Below are positions 1-7,785 of a stretch of DNA of 26,059 nucleotides, one piece after another. How positions within the stretch are numbered: position 1 is the first letter of the stretch; every line of letters begins with the position of its first letter. Below the pieces are notes generated by a model. The model had not been told where the DNA came from. It saw only the letters and a program-made list of their open reading frames with translations, and did not search any database. Source of the DNA: Clostridia bacterium (GTDB lineage Bacteria > Bacillota > Clostridia > RUG12999); assembly GCA_045657605.1 (NCBI GenBank), contig JAZOTK010000169.1, positions 1-26,059 of the forward strand. Reading direction: 5' to 3'. A program made the translations under genes and the position numbers.

Positions 1-173
1 AACATATTAAGGCCGACTATAACCGCCATAAGTTCCATACGGTTATTTGTAGTAATCTCAAATCCTTCGGAAATTTCTTTTTCTATACCGTTATATTTAA
101 GTATAACACCGTATCCGCCTCTGCCCGGATTCCCGCTGCAGGCACCATCGGTAAAAATCTCAACCTCTTTCAT
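1..173 (-). CDS. rnhA: Ribonuclease HI (N-terminal part; runs off the window edge)
   Basis: Not in the ORF track. My translation of the minus strand from ATG at 173: [27 protein letters not shown]...[12 protein letters not shown], with RNase HI motifs [11 protein letters not shown] and [16 protein letters not shown] upstream. Confidence 0.93.
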   Translation of the reverse strand, partial: MKEVEIFTDGACSGNPGRGGYGVILKYNGIEKEISEGFEITTNNRMELMAVIVGLNM

Positions 174-201
174 ATTGTCCTCCAAAATAAGTTATACTAT
201 A

Positions 202-230
202 ATTTTATCACAAATCCGTACTTATTGCAA
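202..230 (-). promoter_or_regulatory. Sigma-A-type promoter for rnhA
   Basis: Minus strand TTGCAA-17 bp-TAAAAT with extended -10 TG. Confidence 0.6.
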
Positions 231-285
231 TAGTTGCCGCATATTTTAATAAAGAAAATTATTATCTTTCGGCAGGTGAATAAAT

Positions 286-846
286 ATGTTCGGTTATATA
301 TGGGCAGGAATGATTTTGTTTTCAGTTATTCTTTCTTTTATAAACGGCAGAGCCGAGCTTGTCGCCTCCGCCGCTTCTTCGGGGGCTGCTGATGCAGTAC
401 AGATGTGTATTTCTCTTATAGGCATTATGGCTTTCTGGAACGGACTTATGAATATTGCGGAAAAAAGCGGGCTTGTCAGCAAAACCGCAAAGCTTCTGCG
501 GCCACTGTTTAAAAGATTTTTCCCCAATACCTCTCCCGACAGCGTTGCCGGCAAAAATATGCTTCTTAATATTACCGCAAACATACTGGGTCTCGGCAAC
601 GCTGCAACCCCTTTTGGTCTCAAAGCAATGGAGGAAATGGGTCGCGACGAAAAAACAACCGCTTCGGACGATATGATTATGTTTCTCATATTCAACACTG
701 CATCAATTCAGCTTATCCCCACAACAGTCATTGCTATGCGATCAGCCGCCGGTTCCGCCGCACCTTCGGAAATTATAATTCCCGTTTGGATAGTTTCCGT
801 TATTGCTCTTATAACAGGAATTTTTGCGGCAAGGAGGTTCAAATGA
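286..846 (+). CDS. spmA: Spore maturation protein A (nucleoside-recognition/gate domain)
   Basis: Hydrophobic protein with NITANILGLGNAATPFGLKAMEE and NTASIQLIPTTVIAMR motifs; ATGA overlap with spmB. Confidence 0.9.
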   Translation: MFGYIWAGMILFSVILSFINGRAELVASAASSGAADAVQMCISLIGIMAFWNGLMNIAEKSGLVSKTAKLLRPLFKRFFPNTSPDSVAGKNMLLNITANILGLGNAATPFGLKAMEEMGRDEKTTASDDMIMFLIFNTASIQLIPTTVIAMRSAAGSAAPSEIIIPVWIVSVIALITGIFAARRFK

Positions 847-1358
847 CAGGATATATAATTCCTCTTGTAATACTCATAATTATAACCTGCGGTCTGCTTA
901 AGACAAAAGATATTTTTACTCCTTTTCTTGACGGTGCAAAAGACGGTATGAAAATTATCGTTGAAATTTTTCCTAATATACTTGGTATAACCGTTGCAAT
1001 AAATATGCTGCGTGCATCCGGTGCAATAGAGATGCTGGCAACTGCCACCGCTCCTGTCCTGGGTTTTATCGGTATGCCTGCGGAAATTGTCCCGCTTGCA
1101 ATTCTACGTCCCATCTCCGGCAGCGGGTCACTGGGGATTGTAAATGATATATTAAAAACAAGCGGACCCGACAGCTATGCCGGACGTATAGCCTCTGTTA
1201 TGATGGGATCCACAGAAACTACTTTTTATACAGTTGCACTATATTTTGCCGCAGCTAAAATAACAAATATCCGCCACACGCTGAAGGCAGCTGTTGCGGC
1301 GGATATTTGCGGTATTTTATGCAGTATTCTTATCTGCAGATTTTTCTTTAGAACATAA
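843..1358 (+). CDS. spmB: Spore maturation protein B
   Basis: Motifs LRPISGSGS and [16 protein letters not shown]. Start moved to ATG 843 (RBS AAGGAGG, ATGA coupling to spmA). Confidence 0.9.
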   Translation: MTGYIIPLVILIIITCGLLKTKDIFTPFLDGAKDGMKIIVEIFPNILGITVAINMLRASGAIEMLATATAPVLGFIGMPAEIVPLAILRPISGSGSLGIVNDILKTSGPDSYAGRIASVMMGSTETTFYTVALYFAAAKITNIRHTLKAAVAADICGILCSILICRFFFRT

Positions 1359-2739
1359 GTTTTTCGGAAATATAGCTTACCAGATCGTCTATTTTTACAA
1401 GCTCCTGCTCCATTGTATCTCTGTCACGTACTGTTACCGTACCATTTTCAAGAGAATCAAAGTCATAAGTAATACAGAAGGGAGTTCCTATTTCGTCCTG
1501 TCTTCTGTAACGCTTGCCTATGCTTCCTGCTTCATCATATTCAACCATAAAGTGTTTTGCAAGCATTTCATAAACTTCTGTCGCTTTTTCAGAAAGCTTC
1601 TTGGACAGAGGAAGTACAGCCGCTTTATACGGTGCAAGCGCAGGATGCAGATGCATAACTGTACGAACATCACCCTCGGCAATTTCTTCTTCGTCATAAG
1701 CTTCAACCAGGAACGCAAGAGTTACACGGTCTGCACCGAGTGACGGTTCAATTACATAAGGAATGTACTTTTCGTTTGTGAAGGGATCGGTATATTCCAT
1801 ACTTTCACCGGAATGCTGAGCGTGCTGTTTTAAATCGAAATCTGTACGGTCAGCAATACCCCACAGCTCGCCCCAACCAAACGGGAACATAAACTCTATA
1901 TCGGTTGTTGCATTTGAATAATGGGACAGCTCTTCGGGGTCGTGGTCACGGAGCTTTAAGTTTTCCGGTTTGATTCCCAGTGAATACAGCCAGTTTGTGC
2001 AGTAATCTTTCCAGTATGCAAACCATTCAAGGTCTGTTCCGGGTGCACAGAAGAATTCAAGTTCCATCTGTTCAAATTCTCTTGTTCTGAAAATAAAGTT
2101 ACCCGGTGTTATTTCATTTCTGAAAGATTTACCAATCTGTCCTATACCGAAAGGCACCTTTTTTCTGCTTGAACGCTGTACGCTCTTGAAGTTTACGAAA
2201 ATACCCTGTGCTGTTTCGGGACGGAGATATATCTCCGATTTTGAATCCTCAGTTACACCCTGGAAGGTTTTAAACATCAGATTGAACTTACGTATATCTG
2301 TATAGTTAAGCTTGCCACATTCGGGACAAACTATGTTATTATCTTTTATGAAGCTGAGCATCTGCTCATCGCTCCAGCCACCCACGTTTATCGACTCGCC
2401 TTTTGCAGCAGCATAATCTTCGATAAGCTTATCCGCACGGTGACGGGTCTTACATTCCTTACAATCCAACAGAGGATCGGAAAATCCGCCTACGTGACCT
2501 GATGCTACCCAAACCTGAGGATTCATAAGAATAGCAGCATCAAGACCTACGTTATACGGAGACTCCTGAATAAACTTTTTCCACCATGCACGTTTGATAT
2601 TGTTTTTAAATTCAACACCGAGAGGACCGTAATCCCATGAGTTTGCCAGTCCGCCATATATCTCAGAGCCGGGGAATATAAAGCCTCGTCCTTTACATAA
2701 GGAAACGATCTTTTCCATTGTTTTTTCTGTATTTTTCAA
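1348..2739 (-). CDS. glyQS: Glycine--tRNA ligase, homodimeric class IIa type
   Basis: Motifs [61 protein letters not shown]-terminal anticodon domain [19 protein letters not shown] 2739 fits RBS AAAGGA better than ATG 2748. Confidence 0.97.
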   Translation of the reverse strand: MKNTEKTMEKIVSLCKGRGFIFPGSEIYGGLANSWDYGPLGVEFKNNIKRAWWKKFIQESPYNVGLDAAILMNPQVWVASGHVGGFSDPLLDCKECKTRHRADKLIEDYAAAKGESINVGGWSDEQMLSFIKDNNIVCPECGKLNYTDIRKFNLMFKTFQGVTEDSKSEIYLRPETAQGIFVNFKSVQRSSRKKVPFGIGQIGKSFRNEITPGNFIFRTREFEQMELEFFCAPGTDLEWFAYWKDYCTNWLYSLGIKPENLKLRDHDPEELSHYSNATTDIEFMFPFGWGELWGIADRTDFDLKQHAQHSGESMEYTDPFTNEKYIPYVIEPSLGADRVTLAFLVEAYDEEEIAEGDVRTVMHLHPALAPYKAAVLPLSKKLSEKATEVYEMLAKHFMVEYDEAGSIGKRYRRQDEIGTPFCITYDFDSLENGTVTVRDRDTMEQELVKIDDLVSYISEKLMF

Positions 2740-2776
2740 AATTATCATTCCTTTACTATATTTTGTCTCATATTAT

Positions 2777-2805
2777 ATGTTACCAAAAAAAAGGAAGTTT
2801 GTCAA
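2777..2805 (-). promoter_or_regulatory. Sigma-A promoter for glyQS
   Basis: Minus strand TTGACA (2805-2800)-17 bp-TAACAT (2782-2777) with TG extension. Confidence 0.65.
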
Positions 2806-2861
2806 TAGATTGTCGAAATTTTCCTTAAATATCTTGCTTTGCTGCTTTTTATCTAACAGGA

Positions 2862-3491
2862 TTACAGAATTTTAATAATCCTAAGCTCTCTTCCGAGGGT
2901 TTCTTTCGGAATATTTCTGTATTCCGCCGTCATACATGCATAATCAATATTACCCTCAAACCCCGCAAATATAAACCGGCTGTTTTCAAAATCAACACAG
3001 ATACTGTTTTCAGAAGCGGGTGGCATCGGTCCGCTAAACCGGATAACTATACTTTCTTTTGTGTCTGAAGAAAAAATCAGCGGTATTCCTGTAGTTTCCT
3101 TTAATTTTTCCGCCGCAAAGGTGTGGTTTCCCGCCGCCGCAAATTTAAGATTAAGATGAGAAAGGCTGCTTACCGTATATATAATATCTTCATCATTTTC
3201 GCTACACAAAACCAGTCTGCTTGCCGGAGAGTTTTTCATCATAAATCCGACCACCTGAGGGGCAAAATATTTATAAAATTTTTCCGGACGATATTTTTCT
3301 ATTCCGGGGAGTTCACAGTCTCCCAGATAACAGCCTGCTCCTGCAGCCTTAAGCTTTTTTGCAAGCTTTTCTTCTTTCGCTGTGCTGTTTACAATATAAA
3401 GCGTATTACCACCGCAGGACTGCATTTTTATTTCCGTATTCCTGAATAAACTTTTTTCAGGTTTTCGGCGGTTTATATAAGCATATTGCAT
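2862..3491 (-). CDS. Hypothetical protein (209 aa)
   Basis: Open frame with RBS GAAAGGA that fills the gap between glyQS and the DUF1858 gene; no motif recognised with confidence. Confidence 0.75.
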   Translation of the reverse strand: MQYAYINRRKPEKSLFRNTEIKMQSCGGNTLYIVNSTAKEEKLAKKLKAAGAGCYLGDCELPGIEKYRPEKFYKYFAPQVVGFMMKNSPASRLVLCSENDEDIIYTVSSLSHLNLKFAAAGNHTFAAEKLKETTGIPLIFSSDTKESIVIRFSGPMPPASENSICVDFENSRFIFAGFEGNIDYACMTAEYRNIPKETLGRELRIIKIL

Positions 3492-3529
3492 AAATTTTTC
3501 CTTTCAAAAAATATTTTTATAAAAAACTA

Positions 3530-3559
3530 TTGCATTTTTATATAAATATGTTGTATAAT
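3530..3559 (+). promoter_or_regulatory. Sigma-A promoter for the DUF1858 gene
   Basis: TTGCAT (3530-3535)-18 bp-TATAAT (3554-3559). Confidence 0.55.
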
Positions 3560-3570
3560 ATTAATGTATG

Positions 3571-3598
3571 ATTATATTTTGACAGCGTCTGCGGTCAA
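3571..3598 (-). promoter_or_regulatory. Possible sigma-A promoter for the 209-aa hypothetical gene
   Basis: Minus strand TTGACC (3598-3593)-16 bp-TATAAT (3576-3571); spacer is one base short. Confidence 0.4.
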
Positions 3599-3636
3599 AC
3601 AGAGAAAATTTGCAGACAGAAAGGTAAATGAAAATT

Positions 3637-3840
3637 ATGGCACAGATAACAAAAGATACTATTATATTAGATGTTTTAAGAATCAATCCCGAAACGGCAC
3701 AGTTCTTCCTTGAAATAGGCATGCACTGTCTCGGCTGTCCTTCGGCAAGCGGCGAATCTATAGAACAGGCTTGTATGGTTCACGGCGTTGACTGTGATGA
3801 GCTTGTTGAAAAAATCAACAGCTTTATAGCTGAAAATTAA
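3637..3840 (+). CDS. DUF1858 domain protein (hybrid-cluster-protein-associated redox disulfide domain)
   Basis: MAQITKDTIILDVL...GMHCLGCPSASGESIEQACMVHGVD pattern with CxxC; alternative start ATG 3628. Confidence 0.85.
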   Translation: MAQITKDTIILDVLRINPETAQFFLEIGMHCLGCPSASGESIEQACMVHGVDCDELVEKINSFIAEN

Positions 3841-3850
3841 TGGATTCTCT

Positions 3851-3946
3851 TGCAGAAATAATTATGGGGACGGTTTTTTGATGCCACTTAGCCACAGGCG
3901 GGTATGGTGTGCATCTTAAAACCGTTACGCTTATTATGTGCAGAAA
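3851..3946. mobile_element. Candidate MITE/REP-like hairpin element with 8-bp flanking direct repeats
   Basis: TGCAGAAA at 3851-3858 and 3939-3946 flank an 80-bp segment folding into an ~18-bp hairpin (GACGGTTTT 3869-3877 / AAAACCGTT 3918-3926; GATGC/GCATC). Confidence 0.35.
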
Positions 3947-3974
3947 ATCCCACACTACATATAGCGGGGATTTT
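3944..3974 (+). terminator. Intrinsic terminator-like hairpin after the DUF1858 gene
   Basis: AAAATCCC (3944-3951) / GGGATTTT (3967-3974) with inner CTA/TAG pairs. Confidence 0.55.
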
Positions 3975-4019
3975 ATAACCCTACGGATTTATAAATTTTG
4001 AATATAAGGACGATGAACT

Positions 4020-5249
4020 TTGAATAATAAAAAATCTGTTATAATTACGGCTATTGTAACCTTTATAGCCACCTCTGCCCTTTTTATAGGAGGATACTCT
4101 GTGTATAACTCCCCAATGCTGTCACAGCTCGGTATAGGTATTAAAGGAAAATATTCTGCCGATATGGTAAAACGTGCAGGAAAAATGATAGAAGAAGTTT
4201 ACTACGAGGATGTGAATACCGACCGCATGTACGAAGCCGCTCTTCACGGAATGATGGAGTCTCTTGGCGACCGCTACAGCTGGTTTGTCAACGAGGAAGA
4301 CTATGCTGCTCTCATGGCTGATATGGGCGGTGAATATACCGGTATAGGCGTGCACGTTACTATTGATACAGAAGATAATCTGCTGACTGTCGTTGCTCCC
4401 ATCGAAGACACTCCTGCATATAAAGCGGGGCTCAAATCCGGTGATAAGTTTATCAGCGTAAACGGCAATGCCGTAAGTGGCGATAATTATCAGGCGGCTA
4501 TAAATATGATGCGAGGCAGCAGCAAAAATGTCGGCGAAGAAATCCGACTTGTAATAAAACGCGCCGAAACAAATGCCGAGGAAGAAATTACACTTATACG
4601 CGAAAAAATAATTCTCAAAACCGTAAAATCAAAAATCCTGCCAGGCGGTGTTGTATATTTAAGAATAACAAGCTTTGATGAAAATACAACAACAGAATTT
4701 AAAGAACATCTGACAAGACTGAAAAATGAAACCGAAATTAAAGGCATTGTTCTTGACCTGCGCAATAACGGCGGCGGTTTATTCCGGCCTACTGTTGAAA
4801 TAGCAAGTGCCTTCCTTCCGGAAGGATTACTGACATATTTTGAATACCACGACGGTACAAAGGAAGAATTTTTCACAAACGGAAAGTCTATCGACCTTCC
4901 TTTCGCTGTTCTTATAAACGGTTCAAGCGCCAGCGCTTCCGAAGTCCTCGCCGGTGCTGTTCGCGACTACAAATCGGGAACTCTTGTCGGCGAAAAGTCT
5001 TTCGGCAAAGGTATTGTCCAGACAATTCTCCCGCTTATGACAACATCTAAAGGCAAAACCGCTCTTTATCTTACCACCTCGAAATACTTTACGCCAAACG
5101 GCGAGTGCATTCACGGCACAGGTATTACTCCCGATATTGAGATTGCTATGCCCGAAGAATATAAAGATGCAAACTTTGACGATTTGACAATGGACCAGGA
5201 CGTTCAGCTCAAAGCCGCATGGAGCGAAGTGGCAAGACAGATACAATAA
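4020..5249 (+). CDS. S41 family C-terminal processing peptidase (CtpA/CtpB-like), N-terminal membrane anchor plus PDZ domain
   Basis: N-terminal hydrophobic segment, PDZ (YTGIGV...APIEDTPAYKAGL), LDLRNNGGG, catalytic Ser in SASASE and Lys in SFGKG; TTG start. Confidence 0.93.
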   Translation: MNNKKSVIITAIVTFIATSALFIGGYSVYNSPMLSQLGIGIKGKYSADMVKRAGKMIEEVYYEDVNTDRMYEAALHGMMESLGDRYSWFVNEEDYAALMADMGGEYTGIGVHVTIDTEDNLLTVVAPIEDTPAYKAGLKSGDKFISVNGNAVSGDNYQAAINMMRGSSKNVGEEIRLVIKRAETNAEEEITLIREKIILKTVKSKILPGGVVYLRITSFDENTTTEFKEHLTRLKNETEIKGIVLDLRNNGGGLFRPTVEIASAFLPEGLLTYFEYHDGTKEEFFTNGKSIDLPFAVLINGSSASASEVLAGAVRDYKSGTLVGEKSFGKGIVQTILPLMTTSKGKTALYLTTSKYFTPNGECIHGTGITPDIEIAMPEEYKDANFDDLTMDQDVQLKAAWSEVARQIQ

Positions 5250-5268
5250 AATTTTATTAATATTCAAA

Positions 5269-5299
5269 AATGCCCTTGCGGGAAATCCGCAAGGGCATT
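5269..5299. terminator. Bidirectional intrinsic terminator between the S41 peptidase gene and rpsR
   Basis: Perfect 13-bp stem AATGCCCTTGCGG / CCGCAAGGGCATT, 5-nt loop, AT-rich flanks. Confidence 0.85.
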
Positions 5300-5321
5300 A
5301 ATATTTTTGTAAAACTATTTA

Positions 5322-5579
5322 TTAGTCAGAAGAGAACGGCAATAAAGCAATGATTCTTGCTCTTTTTATTGCTGTTGTAAGCTGACGCTGATGTTTAGCG
5401 CAGTTACCATTAATTCTTCTGGGAACAATTTTACCTCTTTCAGAAACATATTTTCTGAGTTTAGCTACGTCTTTATAGTCGATAGATTCAACTTTGTCCG
5501 CACAGAACGCACAAACTTTTTTCTTTGAACGTCTGGGTGCACGGGCAGGAACCTTATCCATTTTTTCTCTTTCAGCCAT
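5322..5579 (-). CDS. rpsR: 30S ribosomal protein S18 (Zn-binding C+ type)
   Basis: CAFC...IDYKD...[20 protein letters not shown]. Confidence 0.98.
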   Translation of the reverse strand: MAEREKMDKVPARAPRRSKKKVCAFCADKVESIDYKDVAKLRKYVSERGKIVPRRINGNCAKHQRQLTTAIKRARIIALLPFSSD

Positions 5580-5607
5580 TTTATAAACCTCCTTCTAAAT
5601 TTGATTG

Positions 5608-6057
5608 TTAAAACGGTAAATCGTCATCATCAACATTCGTAGAAAATCCCTGCGGGGCAGGATTGCTGCTCTGCTGATAACCGCCCTGAGGCGCATAGCC
5701 CTCGTATCCGTAAGAATCACCTGAGCCTGCGTTATCACGCTTAGGTTCTGCAAAATGAACCTCATCAGCAACAACCTCTGTTGCGTAACGTTTGTTTCCG
5801 TTCTGGTCCTCCCAGCTTCTGGACTGGAGTCTGCCGCAAACAGCAACAAGTTGTCCTTTATGGAAATATCTTGTTACAAAATCTGCTCGCTGAGCGAAAG
5901 TCACGATGTTAATGAAGTCTGTCTGTCTTTCTTCACCCTGTCTTGCAAAATCACGCTGAACAGCGAGAGAAAAAGTACAAACACTCATTCCGGAAGGCAA
6001 TGCCTTAGATTCCGGTTCATGGGTCAGTCGACCCATCAGAATAACTTTGTTTAACAT
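5608..6057 (-). CDS. ssb: Single-stranded DNA-binding protein
   Basis: LNKVILMGRLT OB-fold start, acidic tail DDDDLPF, rpsF-ssb-rpsR synteny. Confidence 0.98.
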   Translation of the reverse strand: MLNKVILMGRLTHEPESKALPSGMSVCTFSLAVQRDFARQGEERQTDFINIVTFAQRADFVTRYFHKGQLVAVCGRLQSRSWEDQNGNKRYATEVVADEVHFAEPKRDNAGSGDSYGYEGYAPQGGYQQSSNPAPQGFSTNVDDDDLPF

Positions 6058-6068
6058 GATGTGCCTCC

Positions 6069-6362
6069 TTAGTCTTTGAGAATTACGATTGAACGGAGAA
6101 TACCCTCTGTAATCTTGTAAACTCTCTCAAGCTCTGCCGGGAAATCAGGTTTAGCAGTAAAGTTTATAAGCACATAGAAGCCTTCTGTCTTGTAATCGAT
6201 AGGATATGCGAGTCTTCTCTTACCCCAAACGTCAACGTTATCAACCTGAGCGTTTTTTTCGATTAATGACTTGAATTTCTCAACAAGACCGTTTATAGCT
6301 TCTTCTCCTATAGTTGTATCAACTACAAATATAGTTTCGTATGCTCTTACGATTTCAGCCAT
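6069..6362 (-). CDS. rpsF: 30S ribosomal protein S6
   Basis: YETIFVV and WGKRRLAYPI motifs; start ATG 6362 after GAGGAGGTG. Confidence 0.97.
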   Translation of the reverse strand: MAEIVRAYETIFVVDTTIGEEAINGLVEKFKSLIEKNAQVDNVDVWGKRRLAYPIDYKTEGFYVLINFTAKPDFPAELERVYKITEGILRSIVILKD

Positions 6363-6368
6363 TATTTT

Positions 6369-6408
6369 CACCTCCTCATGGACTTTGGCACCGTAACCGG
6401 TGCAAGGA
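6369..6408 (-). ncRNA. S6:S18 ribosomal protein leader (autoregulatory RNA)
   Basis: Leader UCCUU-GCACCG-GUUA-CGGUGC-CA-AAGUCCAUG-AGGAGGUG: hairpin, CCR element, and UCCU pairing with the Shine-Dalgarno, matching the known Firmicutes rpsF leader layout. Confidence 0.8.
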
Positions 6409-6429
6409 TTTTATTGTATAACCTTACTA

Positions 6430-6458
6430 ATTATATAACAAAAGTTGCGATTTGTCAA
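6430..6458 (-). promoter_or_regulatory. Sigma-A promoter of rpsF-ssb-rpsR
   Basis: Perfect TTGACA-17 bp-TATAAT on the minus strand. Confidence 0.85.
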
Positions 6459-6565
6459 GAGTTAATAAAAAAATATTTGCAGAAAAACGGGGGTATTTAA
6501 CTGATTTTTTTGGGAGATATAAATAAATCCGGGAAATATATCCCGGCAAAACATTCTGCAAAATA

Positions 6566-6595
6566 TTGACAGCCCGCTGACAAATATGTTATAAT
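6566..6595 (+). promoter_or_regulatory. Sigma-A promoter of the dprA-like gene
   Basis: TTGACA (6566-6571)-18 bp-TATAAT (6590-6595) with TG extension. Confidence 0.75.
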
Positions 6596-6633
6596 TTATG
6601 TTATAATACATAAAAAGGAAGGACTTAATCATA

Positions 6634-7746
6634 TTGGAAACAGCTAAAGATAAAGAAAGATTATATCAGCTATGGTTCTTTTTCGCTACAGGCGGGAAAA
6701 AGGCGGCGGCTCGCAGTCTTTATAAAAAGCTTGGCAGTGCGGAGAAAATATATCATAGCAGTTTTGACGAACTTACTGCTCTGGGGGTAAAATCTGATTT
6801 TGCTTCTATTCTTGCTGACAAGGATTTATCCGGAGCCGAAAAAGAGCTGTGGTTTGCCGAGCAGTATAATGCCAGGTTCATCACACCGGAAGATGCCGAT
6901 TATCCTTCCGCTTTGCGCGATATTCCAAACTTTCCTCTGTTTCTTTACCTGCGAGGCAAACATTTTTCTCCCGGAAATGAGCTGTGTATTTCTGTAATAG
7001 GTACAAAAAACTGCAGTAATATCGGAGAAGACAAGGCATATGTGCTTGGTCGTGAGCTGGCACTATCGGGAGTCACTTTAGTCAGCGGCATGTCTCCGGG
7101 AATTGAAACTGCCGCTCTTGAAGGCTGTCTCTCTGCCGGCGGGAAGGCTGTTGCCGTTCTTGTTACAGGCGTAAACCGTGTATATCCTAAAGAAAATTCA
7201 TCTCTTTTGCAGGAAGTTATGGCACGCGGCAGTGTTATCTCCGAATATCCGCTGGATAGCGGTGTTTATCCGGGCAGTTTCGAGGAACGTAACCGCATTA
7301 TAAGCGGCCTCTGTGACGGCGTTGTTGTCGTTGAAGCTCCATCCGGAAGCAACAGCCTTAAAATAGCTCACGTTGCCAAAAAGCTGGGGCGCCGCATTTT
7401 TGCATTTTCTCCCGAAATCTCAAATCCGCTTTCGGAAGGTCCTCTTGAACTTGTCGATGATGGCGCAGACTGTATCGGCAGCACCGCCGAAATTATTGAA
7501 AAATTTTCCGGAGCATACCCCTCTGCCCATCCCATCACATCACAGAAAAAAGAAATTCCTGCCGATATGAATTTAACACCGGCAGAAGCCGAAATACTAT
7601 CGTCACTTACCGAATCGCCGAAAACTGCCGAGGAGCTTTCCACAGCTCTTGGCAAAAACATTTCCGAAATAAACGGCACTCTTATTATAATGGAGCTTAC
7701 GGATAAAATCCGTCTGAGCGCGTTTGGTAAATATGAAATAAAATAG
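6634..7746 (+). CDS. dprA: DprA/Smf family DNA-processing protein, divergent
   Basis: N-terminal SAM-like region, YPSALRDI..P..LY.RG, Rossmann core with RNRIISGL and VVVVEA, C-terminal winged helix; several hallmark motifs altered. Confidence 0.85.
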   Translation: METAKDKERLYQLWFFFATGGKKAAARSLYKKLGSAEKIYHSSFDELTALGVKSDFASILADKDLSGAEKELWFAEQYNARFITPEDADYPSALRDIPNFPLFLYLRGKHFSPGNELCISVIGTKNCSNIGEDKAYVLGRELALSGVTLVSGMSPGIETAALEGCLSAGGKAVAVLVTGVNRVYPKENSSLLQEVMARGSVISEYPLDSGVYPGSFEERNRIISGLCDGVVVVEAPSGSNSLKIAHVAKKLGRRIFAFSPEISNPLSEGPLELVDDGADCIGSTAEIIEKFSGAYPSAHPITSQKKEIPADMNLTPAEAEILSSLTESPKTAEELSTALGKNISEINGTLIIMELTDKIRLSAFGKYEIK

Positions 7747-7783
7747 AACATATCCCGCAAAGATGTGCCTTGCGGGATATGTT
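7747..7783. terminator. Bidirectional intrinsic terminator
   Basis: Perfect 14-bp stem AACATATCCCGCAA / TTGCGGGATATGTT followed by a T-tract, between convergent genes. Confidence 0.85.
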
Positions 7784-7785
7784 TT

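Noticed and set aside
219-247. Sigma-E promoter for spmAB (CATATTTT at 240-247)
   Set aside because: The -10 is plausible but no matching -35 lies at the right spacing; too weak to call.
3841-4019. Possible 6S RNA or known riboswitch in the DUF1858-S41 peptidase spacer
   Set aside because: The hairpin is only ~58 nt, lacks the long closing stem and central bubble of 6S, and has no riboswitch consensus I recognise. Kept as a repeat-like element instead.
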